Shown here: piece by piece, positions 49,194 through 59,441 of the stretch | Numbering within the stretch: position 1 is the first letter of the stretch | Layout of the letters: every line of letters begins with the position of its first letter | Assembly (NCBI GenBank): GCA_030646915.1 | Contig: JAUSKT010000021.1 | Coordinates: 19,707-83,706 of the forward strand | DNA length: 64,000 bases | Source of the DNA: a bacterium | GTDB taxonomy: Bacteria; Patescibacteriota; Minisyncoccia; UBA6257; 02-FULL-45-10c | Reading direction: 5' to 3' | Program-made: the position numbers and the translations under genes | The notes under the pieces: model-generated | Seen by the model: the letters and a program-made list of their open reading frames with translations, nothing else | Told to the model about the DNA's origin: nothing | Databases searched by the model: none

Positions 49194-50889
49194 AAATACA
49201 GTTGTTAAGCCAGTATTCATAATACTGTTATTAAGCGTTCTTTTTACGGTTATAATCCAACTGGATCTTACTCGGGCTATTTTTTTTGATAATTATTTGA
49301 ACACTAGGCAGATCAGCGGCGTTAATTATTATTTGTCTTTAATTAATGAAAGTTCCAAGGGTAATTGGCAATTGGGAAGCCCTTATATTTTAGAATGGCG
49401 TTATGCGCCTTATTTATATCCCGCTTTAAATATTAACGCGCCGGGGCTGTTTAAAAGAGTTTTGGGCTTGGATATAAAATTATATGCTGCAATTATGGGG
49501 TATTTGTCTGTTTTTTCTATTATGGCCTTGATGTTAATGGCCTTTTCTTACATCTTTAGTTCTAATTATTTTGGTTATTTATTGGCAACAGTCTTTATTT
49601 TCTTTCCTAGGGTAATTATGTGGAATCGAACTTTGAGTCCAGAAATAAATTTTATACCTTTAGCGTTATTTTTAATTTTTTATTTCTCTAATTTTAAATT
49701 TTGGAAACGAGAAATAGGCTTAGCGCTTTCAACTGGAATTTTATTTTATATATATCCATATTATTGGACCTTTGCTTTAGTGCTTTTGGGAATAAGCGAT
49801 TTCTGGAAATTTTGGGATGAGAAGAAGATTATTTGGAATTATTTATATAAATATTTGCTTACTATGGGGCTTGCCTCATGGTATTTAGCCCATCTTTGGC
49901 AAATACAGCACCTTTCTTATTATCGCGAGACCATGGCAAGGATAGGTTTTCTTTATAGCCGTTTGCCGGCAGGCTGGTATACTCAAGCAGTTTTATTATC
50001 ATCTCTGATTATTTATTTCTTTTTAAAGAAATATATCTTTCCAAGATTAGATATAAAGATGATTGCTGATGGCGCCTTAAATAAGATTGTTGCCGGCTTG
50101 GTGGCTAGCTTAGTTGTCCTTAATCAGCAGCTTATTACTAATGTGCAAATGGAATTTAATTCCCATTATTTCCCGGTCATTCTGGTTTTTCTGGTTGCTT
50201 TTTGGGGAAGCTTAACTTTTATCTTAATTAGTAATTTTAATTTTTATAAAAAGAGCATTTTGATTTTTTTATCTTTTCTCCTGGTGACAGGATTAGTCGC
50301 GGTTAGAATATATCAGATATCTGCAAGCTTTGGCCCAGATGGTTATATCGGGGGCAAGGCAGATGGGGTAGTTGAATGGCTTTTAAAAAATCAGATTCAA
50401 GATAAGGTGGTATATGCGCCCGAAGATCTTGGCGATGAGATTAATTTGTGGACCAATAATTATTTAGTTTGGAATGACAACCAGGCATTGCAATTGACAC
50501 CGACCAATGAACTCATTGATCGTTTTACTTATTTTGATATTACCAACCAGAATATCACTAATCATCTTTTTGACCGGCAAACGGCAATTTTCGGACAAAC
50601 CTTTATTTCTTCAATGCAAAAAGACAATGTGATAAATAATATTAAGGCCAAGCTTTCAGGCAAGAATTTTGTGCCAGCCACTTTAGCGGAATATACAAAG
50701 TATGATTTTGAACCAATGTATAAAAAAAGGATTCAGCCAGACAGCGCTGAATTTAATAAATACTTGGAAAAATTCCATGTTAGTTATTTGGTATACAGGC
50801 AAAAAGATAGGAATAGCATTTACAAATCCGTACCGGGAAAAATTGTTTTTGAAAGCGAGTCTTATTTGATTAAAAAACTGGCGCCATAA
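49186..50889 (+). CDS. large polytopic membrane protein, putative GT-C-fold glycosyltransferase (1 of 3 in tandem)
   Basis: About 12 transmembrane helices. ISGVNYY motif in the first loop. 567 aa. Confidence 0.55.
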   Translation: MHKNTVVKPVFIILLLSVLFTVIIQLDLTRAIFFDNYLNTRQISGVNYYLSLINESSKGNWQLGSPYILEWRYAPYLYPALNINAPGLFKRVLGLDIKLYAAIMGYLSVFSIMALMLMAFSYIFSSNYFGYLLATVFIFFPRVIMWNRTLSPEINFIPLALFLIFYFSNFKFWKREIGLALSTGILFYIYPYYWTFALVLLGISDFWKFWDEKKIIWNYLYKYLLTMGLASWYLAHLWQIQHLSYYRETMARIGFLYSRLPAGWYTQAVLLSSLIIYFFLKKYIFPRLDIKMIADGALNKIVAGLVASLVVLNQQLITNVQMEFNSHYFPVILVFLVAFWGSLTFILISNFNFYKKSILIFLSFLLVTGLVAVRIYQISASFGPDGYIGGKADGVVEWLLKNQIQDKVVYAPEDLGDEINLWTNNYLVWNDNQALQLTPTNELIDRFTYFDITNQNITNHLFDRQTAIFGQTFISSMQKDNVINNIKAKLSGKNFVPATLAEYTKYDFEPMYKKRIQPDSAEFNKYLEKFHVSYLVYRQKDRNSIYKSVPGKIVFESESYLIKKLAP

Positions 50890-50947
50890 CAATAATAGCC
50901 TTTCGAGGTGTTCTAATATAAAATAGGATAATTAGCAAAATAAACTT

Positions 50948-52687
50948 ATGCTCAGCTTTATTTATTCTCGGGAAAAATACACTCTAGTCTTATTAAGTGT
51001 TGCGATTGGAATTTTAATTTCCGCTCCGGCAATTTATTTCCGTTATTTTGACGGCGGATATAAAGGCATAGATTTTTTTGGTTCGGACGCGGAAAATTAT
51101 TATTTAGGGCAAATTCAAGAAATTTATGATGGCCATTGGTTTTCGGGGAACATTTATGTAGAGGAGGGTAAAAATGACCCTTACGTGCAGCAGCCATTGC
51201 CAGCGATGATAATCGCTTTCTTGGGGCAATCTTTAGGAATATCTGCCAGAGACGTTAATGTCCTGACAAAATTTTTATTTCCAGCGCTTTTAACCGTCAT
51301 AGTTTATCTGTTTTTTTCTGCTTTAACTGGCCGTAAAGATTTTGCAATTTTGATGACGATTTTTGTGATGCTGATTCAGGCAAGCTGGATATTTTTTGAT
51401 CCTGGGTCTTGGCTGCCATTTTTATTGAAGGGAGAGTTCAGGGGCACTGATTATAATTTTATCAGCTATGCACGGCCTATTAATCCGCAGATCAGCTCCA
51501 TTTTCTTTTTTGGATATTTATTATGCGCTTGGAAATTTTTCTTCAGCCGTCTTTCTGAAAAAATGGAAAAGATATATGGGATCGCCAGCGCTGTTATTTT
51601 AGGATTGTCTTTTTATATATATTTTTTCACTTTTTCATTTTTATCAGTATTTAACGCGGTTTTATTTTTTTGGTTCTTATATTCCAGGGATTGGATCCGC
51701 CTGAAAAAGACTTTTCTTGTTTCAATCGGCGCCCTGGCCATTGCAGTGCCTTATTTTGCCAATGTTCTGGAAATGATGAAATCGCCGAATTACAGCCAGC
51801 TGGCCCATCGGACGAACATCCTCGAAACTCACAGATTTATTTTCAGCAAAGTGTGGTGGGGGGTGACCGCGCTTTTTCTGCTGTTATATCGCGGATCCCG
51901 CAAGGTAAAAATTTTTACTTTAGCCTTTCTAGCCACGGCATTTTTAGTCACCAATCAGCAGTTAATCACCGGGAAAACTTTACCGCTTCCAGCCCATTAT
52001 CATTGGTATTACATTGCTCCAATTGGGGGCGCGATTCTTGTTTACCTTTTTTTTATGTATTTTGAAAAGTTAGCCGGTCTTTTTGTATCGCGTTTGGCAA
52101 TGTTATTTTTTATTTTAATATCTTTTTATGCTGGTTTTTTGTATCAAAAAATTTCTTATACAAAACAGTGGGACTATTTTATTTATCAGCAAAGGTATGC
52201 CCCGATATTGTCTTGGTTAGATCTGGATATTAAGAAAGAAAGTGCTATTTTTACTAACGAAGATTTATCAGGGCTTATTCCTGCCTATACCCGCCATAAT
52301 GTTTATTATTCAGGTCTTTTAACTGATTCCCTGATAAGCGAAGAAAGGATTAGGCATTCTCTTTATGTTTATTTTTTTCTTAATGGCGTCACTGAAGATT
52401 CGGCTAGGGATTTTTTTTACGATAATCGGGATTGGGTGGGCAGCCAAATTTTCAGCGACTATTATCGGCAAAAAAGTGGCTGCCATGGATGTTTCCCGGA
52501 TTCTATTTTAGACGGATTTATCCAGGAATATCGGAAATTCCTTAAAAAGGGTTTTTTGGAACAGATTAAAAAATATCAGGTTGATTACGCCGTCTGGGAT
52601 AAAGAGAAAAATCCGGAATGGCGATTGGACCGTTTTTTTAATGAAAAAGTATATGAGAAAGATAATATTATCGTTTATAAATTTTAA
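50948..52687 (+). CDS. large polytopic membrane protein, putative GT-C-fold glycosyltransferase (2 of 3)
   Basis: FGSDAENYYLGQ loop motif after TM1. 579 aa. Confidence 0.55.
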   Translation: MLSFIYSREKYTLVLLSVAIGILISAPAIYFRYFDGGYKGIDFFGSDAENYYLGQIQEIYDGHWFSGNIYVEEGKNDPYVQQPLPAMIIAFLGQSLGISARDVNVLTKFLFPALLTVIVYLFFSALTGRKDFAILMTIFVMLIQASWIFFDPGSWLPFLLKGEFRGTDYNFISYARPINPQISSIFFFGYLLCAWKFFFSRLSEKMEKIYGIASAVILGLSFYIYFFTFSFLSVFNAVLFFWFLYSRDWIRLKKTFLVSIGALAIAVPYFANVLEMMKSPNYSQLAHRTNILETHRFIFSKVWWGVTALFLLLYRGSRKVKIFTLAFLATAFLVTNQQLITGKTLPLPAHYHWYYIAPIGGAILVYLFFMYFEKLAGLFVSRLAMLFFILISFYAGFLYQKISYTKQWDYFIYQQRYAPILSWLDLDIKKESAIFTNEDLSGLIPAYTRHNVYYSGLLTDSLISEERIRHSLYVYFFLNGVTEDSARDFFYDNRDWVGSQIFSDYYRQKSGCHGCFPDSILDGFIQEYRKFLKKGFLEQIKKYQVDYAVWDKEKNPEWRLDRFFNEKVYEKDNIIVYKF

Positions 52688-54304
52688 ATGTCATTCTCTT
52701 TTTTAAAAGAAAATAAAGTTTTTTTGGCAATTTTATTTTTAATTTTTTCTACTTATCTTTGGCTGGCCTGGCAGCCGATAGAAAAATTACTTTCCGGATT
52801 TTTAGTAGATGATGCCTTTTATTATTTTAAGTCGGCGGCTAATTTAGCAAATAGATTAGGCCCGACTTTTGATGGGGAACATCTGACTAATGGCTACCAT
52901 CCTTTGTGGATGGGGATTAATGCAGTTATTTATTATTTATTCCCCAATAATAAAATATTGCCCATTCATTTAATTCTGACTTTGGCGGTTTTATTTTTTG
53001 CTGGCGGCACATTGCTTTGTTGGAAGATTATTTCCCAGCTTGTCCAAGACAGGACTATGCAGATTCTTTTACTGCTTGCTTACGCCTTGAATCCTTGGAA
53101 TATCAGTAATATTTTGAATGGATTAGAAACTTCACTGGCGCTTTTTCTTCTTATATTGCTTTTCTGGCTTTTTTTAAGGATTTTGAATGGTAAAGATAGA
53201 ATCACGGATTTTTTGTTGTTGGGCATGGTGGGAGGCCTGACTGTTTTGGCAAGATTAGATTATGGATTATTTTTAGCGGCTATTCTTATTTTTTTCCTCT
53301 TTAAGAAAAAGTATTCTTGGCCGTCTTTACTTGCTTTTTCTTTGACCGCTTTTCTTTTGGCGGTGCCCTGGTTTTTATATAATTATTTTTATTTTGGTTC
53401 GTTAATTCCGGCGAGCGGCTTAGCTTATACATTAATTAATCACCGTCTATGGTTTTATAAGGATCGGAATTTAACTCAAATTCTGCTTTGGTCTTTGTAT
53501 AATTTTATTGGCACTATTACTTTTACTCTAAAGACCATCGGTCTGCCAAATTTTTATTCCGCTTCCAATCTATGGAAATCTTTTTGGTCTCTTGGAGTTA
53601 TTTTTTTTCCGATTATTGCAGGCATAATTTATTTTTATACAGTAAAGAGAGATCAATTTAAAGAATATTTAAGAAAGCTTATGGCTTCTAATGAATGGAT
53701 AGTCTTTATCATTTTTTTTATTGCTTACTTTGGCTTGATTGTTGTCCATGGGGCAATTCGATGGTCTAGTCGAGAATGGTATTTTGCGAGCTTTCCTTTT
53801 TTGGTTGTTATTTTTCTTGCCTTGCTTTTAAGTAGATCCTCTATGGAAATTTATTGTAAAAGAATATTACTGGCACTTGCCTTATTATTGGGCATTTCTT
53901 TTGGCATATCTTGGGCGGGCATTTTTACCCAATATAACGGCCAATTGGAAGCGTATAACGCTGCTTTGTGGGCTCGGGATAATCTTCCAGCTAATGTGCG
54001 TATTGCCGCTTTTAATAGCGGGGTTTTAGGCTATTTTAGCGAACGCTTTATCATGAATTCCGACGGGCTTATAAATAACAGCGCTTTTGAGGCGTTGAAA
54101 GAAAATCGTTTATGGGAATTATTTAAAAAGGAGCGCATTGATTATCTGATGGATTATGAAATCACCTTAACTTACCGCTTTAAATCTTTTTTGGGGATAG
54201 AAAATCCAATGGCAGAAGTTAACAGAATAAATATTCCTATTGTTTTAGCCCCTTCGTCGGAGAGTTATGCAGGTTCGCATATCGGTATTTTCCAGCTGAA
54301 GTAA
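52688..54304 (+). CDS. large polytopic membrane protein, putative GT-C-fold glycosyltransferase (3 of 3)
   Basis: FLVDDAFYYFKS loop motif after TM1. 538 aa. Confidence 0.55.
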   Translation: MSFSFLKENKVFLAILFLIFSTYLWLAWQPIEKLLSGFLVDDAFYYFKSAANLANRLGPTFDGEHLTNGYHPLWMGINAVIYYLFPNNKILPIHLILTLAVLFFAGGTLLCWKIISQLVQDRTMQILLLLAYALNPWNISNILNGLETSLALFLLILLFWLFLRILNGKDRITDFLLLGMVGGLTVLARLDYGLFLAAILIFFLFKKKYSWPSLLAFSLTAFLLAVPWFLYNYFYFGSLIPASGLAYTLINHRLWFYKDRNLTQILLWSLYNFIGTITFTLKTIGLPNFYSASNLWKSFWSLGVIFFPIIAGIIYFYTVKRDQFKEYLRKLMASNEWIVFIIFFIAYFGLIVVHGAIRWSSREWYFASFPFLVVIFLALLLSRSSMEIYCKRILLALALLLGISFGISWAGIFTQYNGQLEAYNAALWARDNLPANVRIAAFNSGVLGYFSERFIMNSDGLINNSAFEALKENRLWELFKKERIDYLMDYEITLTYRFKSFLGIENPMAEVNRINIPIVLAPSSESYAGSHIGIFQLK

Positions 54305-54307
54305 AGA

Positions 54308-54790
54308 TTGATTATGAACCCTATTCTTTTTGAAGAATTAAATCTAAATTTAGAAGGCCGGATAATTTTTTTGGATATTGATGGAACTTTAATTGCTGAC
54401 GGCAGCCAATTGGATTTTGAGCCAAAAATTTTAAATAAAATTAATTTTTTACGTCAGAAAAATCAGATCTTTCTTTGTACGAATTCCAGTGATAGAATCA
54501 GGAGTAATAAAATTGAAAGGGCGCTGAGTCTTCCAATTGCGACTTATAATCATAAAAAACCAAGCTCAAAGATAATAAAGGAACTCGGCATCGGCAAAGA
54601 AAATAAAAATTTCTTAGTGATTGGCGATAAAGTTTTAATTGACGGGCTTTTTGCTTTAAATATCGGCGCTGAATTTATAAAGGTTAAGAGGAAAATTTCT
54701 GGCCAAGAATCTTTAGTGATAAAGTTAATTAACTTGGCAGATGATTTAATATGCCAGGTAGTGAAACTTCGGTGGTTTCTCAAAAATTAA
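54308..54790 (+). CDS. HAD-superfamily phosphatase
   Basis: FLDIDGTLIAD motif I (DxDGT). LVIGDKVLIDG motif IV. Confidence 0.6.
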   Translation: MIMNPILFEELNLNLEGRIIFLDIDGTLIADGSQLDFEPKILNKINFLRQKNQIFLCTNSSDRIRSNKIERALSLPIATYNHKKPSSKIIKELGIGKENKNFLVIGDKVLIDGLFALNIGAEFIKVKRKISGQESLVIKLINLADDLICQVVKLRWFLKN

Positions 54791-54886
54791 TCAAGGCTAT
54801 AACTATAGACTTAGTCATTACAGAAATAATAATTAATTATAATTCAGAGCTTCGAAACTAATAATGCCGAAGTTCTACTACCTGGT

Positions 54887-55942
54887 ATGGCATATCGCGA
54901 AAATTCTAAAACTTATTTAATTACCGGCGGTTCGGGGTTTTTGGGAATTAATTTAGTCCGCTATTTATTGGCAAGGGGACAGCGGGTGCGTTCTTTAGAC
55001 GCCATTCCATTTGATTATCCGGAAAAAGATAAAATTGAGTGGCTAGCTGGAGATGTTCGGGATAAAGCTGCAGTAGATAAAGCCATGAAGGGAATTGATA
55101 TTGTTGTTCATTGCGCAGCGGCTCTTCCGCTTTATTCTAAAGAAGATATTTTAAGCACTGAAGTTGATGGAACTAGAAATGTTTTGGAAAGCGCTAAAAA
55201 TAATAATGTAGATCGATTCATTCATATTTCTTCGACAGCGGTTTATGGAATTCCGGACCATCATCCGATTTATGAAAATGATAAGCTGGTAGGCGTAGGG
55301 CCTTATGGAGAGGCAAAAATAAAAGCGGAAGAGCTTTGTTTGGCAGCTAGGAAAAATGGAATGTGTGTTTCGATTATCCGGCCGAAATCTTTTGTCGGCC
55401 CGGAGCGGCTGGGAGTTTTTGCGCTTTTTTATGATTGGGCGAAAAATGGTCATAATTTTCCAATGATCGGCAACGGCAAAAACCGTTATCAGCTTTTGGA
55501 TGTGGAAGATTTATGTGAAGCGATTTATTTGTGCAGTACTAAGCCAAAAGAGTCGGTGAATGATACTTTTAATGTGGGCGCCAAGGAATTTACCACCATG
55601 AAAGAAGATTATCAGGCAGTTTTAGATGAGGCGGGATTTGGCAAGAAAATTATCGGTTTTCCCGCAGCCCCGATGATCTGGACTCTCAGGTTTTTGGAAT
55701 TATTAAAATTATCGCCTTTATATAAATGGGTTTATGAAACTGCCGCTAAAGATTCTTTTGTATCCATAGAAAAAGCAGAGAAAAAATTAGATTGGCATCC
55801 GAAATATTCCAATAAACAAGCTTTGCTCCGGAATTATAAATGGTATTTGAAAAATCTTTATAAATTTGAAGGCAAGAGCGGCGTTTCCCACCGGGTTCCT
55901 TGGAAACAGGGTATACTGAAATTAGCTAAATTTTTCTTTTAG
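54887..55942 (+). CDS. NAD-dependent epimerase/dehydratase family SDR (UDP-hexose 4-epimerase-like)
   Basis: TYLITGGSGFLGINLVRYL; YGEAKIKAEE (YxxxK). Confidence 0.8.
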   Translation: MAYRENSKTYLITGGSGFLGINLVRYLLARGQRVRSLDAIPFDYPEKDKIEWLAGDVRDKAAVDKAMKGIDIVVHCAAALPLYSKEDILSTEVDGTRNVLESAKNNNVDRFIHISSTAVYGIPDHHPIYENDKLVGVGPYGEAKIKAEELCLAARKNGMCVSIIRPKSFVGPERLGVFALFYDWAKNGHNFPMIGNGKNRYQLLDVEDLCEAIYLCSTKPKESVNDTFNVGAKEFTTMKEDYQAVLDEAGFGKKIIGFPAAPMIWTLRFLELLKLSPLYKWVYETAAKDSFVSIEKAEKKLDWHPKYSNKQALLRNYKWYLKNLYKFEGKSGVSHRVPWKQGILKLAKFFF

Positions 55943-55944
55943 TT

Positions 55945-56808
55945 ATGAATATTTTTAAAAATTTATTAATTTCAATGCGGCCGAAGCAGTGGACGAAAAA
56001 CCTGTTTCTTTTTACTGCTTTGTTTTTTGTCAAAGCTTTTACGGATTTAGATAAGGTGCTTTTGGCAACTGAAGCTTTTGCTTTATTTTGTTTGGCATCC
56101 AGCGCAGTTTATTTATTGAACGATATTGCAGATTTGCCGAAAGATCGTGAACATCCGTTTAAAAGACTTCGACCTTTAGCCGCTGGCAAGATTAATGCAG
56201 CGCTGGTTGCAGTGATGGCAGTATTATTGGGGGCATCAGCAATAATTGGCGGATTTTATTTAAATTTTTGGTTTGGTCTTACTGTTGTCGGATATATTTT
56301 ATTGAATATTGCTTATTCATTGCTTTTAAAAAATCTGATTATCCTCGATGTTTTTACAATTGCCATTGGTTTTGTAATCCGGGTTGTTGCCGGAGCAGTT
56401 GCGATTAATGTACCTTTTTCTTCCTGGCTGATTTTATGCACTTTTTTCCTTACCTTGTTTCTTGCAATCAATAAAAGGAAAGGCGAATTGTTATTTAATT
56501 CTGCCAGTGGCAACAGGTCAGTTTTGCGGAATTATTCTGCGGGATTTTTAGACCAGATGAGTTTGATTGCGTTATCGGCAACTATTATCAGCTATACTTT
56601 TTATACTTTTAGTTCGGAACACAGCAAGCTTTTGATGCTGACAGTTCCAATCGTGCTTTACGGGCTTTTTAAATATCTTTTTATCGTAAATGAAAGCCAA
56701 GGCGCTGATGACGGCCCGAGTGATATTTTTTTGAGGGAATTCAGTTTACAGCTTACAGTTCTAGTTTGGATTGCGGCAGTGGCGTTAGTTTTACTTTACG
56801 GGAAGTAA
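55945..56808 (+). CDS. UbiA-family prenyltransferase resembling decaprenyl-phosphate 5-phosphoribosyltransferase (DPPR synthase)
   Basis: NDIADLPKD (NDxxDxxxD); RPLAAGKI; about 8 transmembrane helices; 287 aa. Confidence 0.75.
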   Translation: MNIFKNLLISMRPKQWTKNLFLFTALFFVKAFTDLDKVLLATEAFALFCLASSAVYLLNDIADLPKDREHPFKRLRPLAAGKINAALVAVMAVLLGASAIIGGFYLNFWFGLTVVGYILLNIAYSLLLKNLIILDVFTIAIGFVIRVVAGAVAINVPFSSWLILCTFFLTLFLAINKRKGELLFNSASGNRSVLRNYSAGFLDQMSLIALSATIISYTFYTFSSEHSKLLMLTVPIVLYGLFKYLFIVNESQGADDGPSDIFLREFSLQLTVLVWIAAVALVLLYGK

Positions 56809-58296
56809 CCCAACTTTTTTTGCTATCAATCTGGCTAAGTCGTCAAATCCTTTTTCGTGTTTAATTGCCTCAAGACTTTCCGCTCCTTCTCTGATTTTAG
56901 TGAGATTGGCATTTACAGAGTCTTCCAAAATTGCCCCGATAAAATTTATTAATTCTCGATCGTCATGGCGGAAGTTTTCTAACTGCTCTTTTACTAAATA
57001 AGGCAGTTTTTCAATATTGTCAGATCTTTTTACCATAGAAAGTTTATTAAACCAAACATCGGCGAAAGTAATGGTTGGTTTTTTGAGGAATATTGCTTCC
57101 CAAATTGCGCCTCCGCTAATAGAAAATACCAGTTTGGCATTTTTTATTAAATTTAGCCCTGCAATATTCGGATTGATCAACTGGATATTGGGTATTTTTA
57201 ATAATTCCTTATAATATTTCCTTGGCCTGTAGCCGACCATGGAAGGATGCTCTTTTACCAGAAGCTTAAAATTAATTGGAAGAGATTTGGCAATTTGCTT
57301 GATCAGATTTATTTGGTCGTTCCAAAAAGGCGCGTAAAGAAATAAGGCAATTTCCGGTTCATAGTGAAGTCCATAGAAGGCGTAATCTCCTTGAGTATCG
57401 GGCGCGGAATAGAGATCTGAATATCCGCGGAGCATTCTTACTTTTCTTTTAATTTTATCCCAAATTGAATACCAGAAGATTTCATCTGTGTAGTCCTTTT
57501 CTTTTTTTTGCAGATTTTTCCAAAAGAAATTAGATAACCAGGTCGCCAATTTAACAAACCGATGCGGCAAAAGGAACCGAAATTGTTTGAGGGTTGTAAG
57601 CGCGAGGTTGTCCGGCGAATAGGCGTCATAATACGACTGTGGATTATTTCTAAATTCTTCTAAAAATTGTTTTGCTTCTTTTTCTTTAGGATTAGGAATT
57701 TTACCTGATTGTATTTCATCAAATATTTTATTTGCCCAGCTGAAAGTCCTATAATCTTCGGTCAGAATAATCCCATTTTTAATCCGGCTGTAATTAAGGC
57801 TAAGGATTTTAACCCCCATTTTTTTACAAATATGATAAAGCAGCAGGGATGCCGTTGATCCAACGACTGAAGTAAATAAGAAATCAGGTTTTTCTTCTTT
57901 AAGAAATTTAATAATTTCTTTGGAAGTCACCTGAAGAACCCGGAGCATGTCTTCATAAGATAGTAATGGCTGATCGTGGGGATATTCTCTGATGAGCTGG
58001 CTATGCATTATTACTCGGTCTATGTATAAGTAATGCCAGAGGTTAGGAAGGCCATATTCTTTTTCCAGCCATTTTAAGTATTCAAAATCTAACTTTTCAT
58101 TCTTATATTTTTTATAAATATCTTCGTCTAAAAGAATTTTGGTTATTGGCAAGTCTTTTTGAGAACTCAAAAATTGATACGCGGTCCTTGGAGTAGTATA
58201 GATGCAAAATTCATCTACGCCATATTTCATAAGTTGTTTGGCAATATGGCAGCCTATTGGCGCAAATCTACGTTGTAAGAAGAAGCATCCTTTCAT
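56791..58296 (-). CDS. capsule polysaccharide biosynthesis protein family (KpsS/KpsC-like Capsule_synth)
   Basis: Rossmann-like layout. WNDQINLIKQIAKSLPINFKLLVKEHP pattern typical of this family. Assignment tentative. Confidence 0.45.
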   Translation of the reverse strand: MKGCFFLQRRFAPIGCHIAKQLMKYGVDEFCIYTTPRTAYQFLSSQKDLPITKILLDEDIYKKYKNEKLDFEYLKWLEKEYGLPNLWHYLYIDRVIMHSQLIREYPHDQPLLSYEDMLRVLQVTSKEIIKFLKEEKPDFLFTSVVGSTASLLLYHICKKMGVKILSLNYSRIKNGIILTEDYRTFSWANKIFDEIQSGKIPNPKEKEAKQFLEEFRNNPQSYYDAYSPDNLALTTLKQFRFLLPHRFVKLATWLSNFFWKNLQKKEKDYTDEIFWYSIWDKIKRKVRMLRGYSDLYSAPDTQGDYAFYGLHYEPEIALFLYAPFWNDQINLIKQIAKSLPINFKLLVKEHPSMVGYRPRKYYKELLKIPNIQLINPNIAGLNLIKNAKLVFSISGGAIWEAIFLKKPTITFADVWFNKLSMVKRSDNIEKLPYLVKEQLENFRHDDRELINFIGAILEDSVNANLTKIREGAESLEAIKHEKGFDDLARLIAKKVGLLPVK

Positions 58297-58379
58297 AATT
58301 TTTTATCGATATTTTAATATCACTTAATATAACACCTTATTTTTTCCTTGGTAACCCATAATTTTCCTATGTTACAATC

Positions 58380-58408
58380 TTGACTTTCATCAAGTTATAA
58401 TCTAAAAT
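58380..58408 (+). promoter_or_regulatory. putative sigma70 promoter TTGACT-N17-TAAAAT upstream of pseB
   Basis: Sits in the 145-nt divergent intergenic region. Confidence 0.3.
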
Positions 58409-58441
58409 ATAGCTATTAATTATATATAAGCGTTAATTTTT

Positions 58442-59419
58442 ATGAATTACGATTTTCTAAATGGGAAAACTGTTTTAGTCACCGGAGGCACCGGTTCTTT
58501 TGGGAATAAATTTATTGAAACATTATTAACTAAAGCTGATTGTAAAAAAATTATAGTATTAAGCAGAGATGAGTTTAAGCAGCACGAAATGAAGCAGAGG
58601 TTCCCTAATTCAGAAAAGAAACTAAGATTTTTTTTAGGGGATATTAGGGACGTTTCCCGCCTCCAGCGCGCTTTTCAGGGCGTGGACATAGTAGTGCATG
58701 CCGCTGCTTTAAAGCAGGTTCCGGCTTTGGAATTTAATCCATTGGAAGCAGTTAAAACTAATGTTCTTGGCACTCAGAATGTTATTGACGCAGCTTTAGA
58801 CAATAAGGTTCAAAAAGTTTTATTTGTTTCTACTGATAAAGCAGTTAACCCAATTAATCTTTATGGCGCTACTAAGCTTTGCGCTGAAAAGCTTTGGATT
58901 GCCGCTAATGCTTATCGCCCAAATAGAGAAGCTACTTCTTTCAGTTTAGTTCGCTATGGGAATGTCGTCGGCAGCCGCGGCAGCATAGTTGAAGTTTTAA
59001 ATAATCAAAAAAAGAATGGCGTAGTTACTTTGACTCATGAAGATATGACTCGTTTTTGGATCAGCCTGGATCAGGGCGTGGAATTAGTTTTATACGGCTT
59101 AAAAAAAATGAAGGGCGGTGAAATTTTCTTGCCAAAACTTCCAGCTATGAAAATCAGCGATCTGATTTCTTCAATGGCTCCGGGATGCGAGGTGAAAGTT
59201 GTAGGAATCCGGCCGGGAGAAAAATTGCACGAAGCTCTTATGACTGAGGATGAAGTTCGGAGAGCAAAAGATGTGGGGGATTATTATTTGGTTGAGCCAA
59301 ATCATGATTGGTGGGATGGATCGCATTTGAAAGAATTCCAGGCATTGCCGGAAGATATGTCTTATGTAAGCGATAGAGTTGATCGGCTTACTCATGAAGA
59401 TTTTATAAGATTGGTTTAA
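58442..59419 (+). CDS. pseB: UDP-N-acetylglucosamine 4,6-dehydratase (inverting), PseB/FlaA1/CapD family
   Basis: TVLVTGGTGSFGNKF; KAVNPINLYGATKLCAEKL; RYGNVVGSRGS. Very close to the H. pylori FlaA1 pattern as I recall it. Confidence 0.9.
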   Translation: MNYDFLNGKTVLVTGGTGSFGNKFIETLLTKADCKKIIVLSRDEFKQHEMKQRFPNSEKKLRFFLGDIRDVSRLQRAFQGVDIVVHAAALKQVPALEFNPLEAVKTNVLGTQNVIDAALDNKVQKVLFVSTDKAVNPINLYGATKLCAEKLWIAANAYRPNREATSFSLVRYGNVVGSRGSIVEVLNNQKKNGVVTLTHEDMTRFWISLDQGVELVLYGLKKMKGGEIFLPKLPAMKISDLISSMAPGCEVKVVGIRPGEKLHEALMTEDEVRRAKDVGDYYLVEPNHDWWDGSHLKEFQALPEDMSYVSDRVDRLTHEDFIRLV

Positions 59420-59441
59420 ATTTGAATCAGTATTTTTTGAA

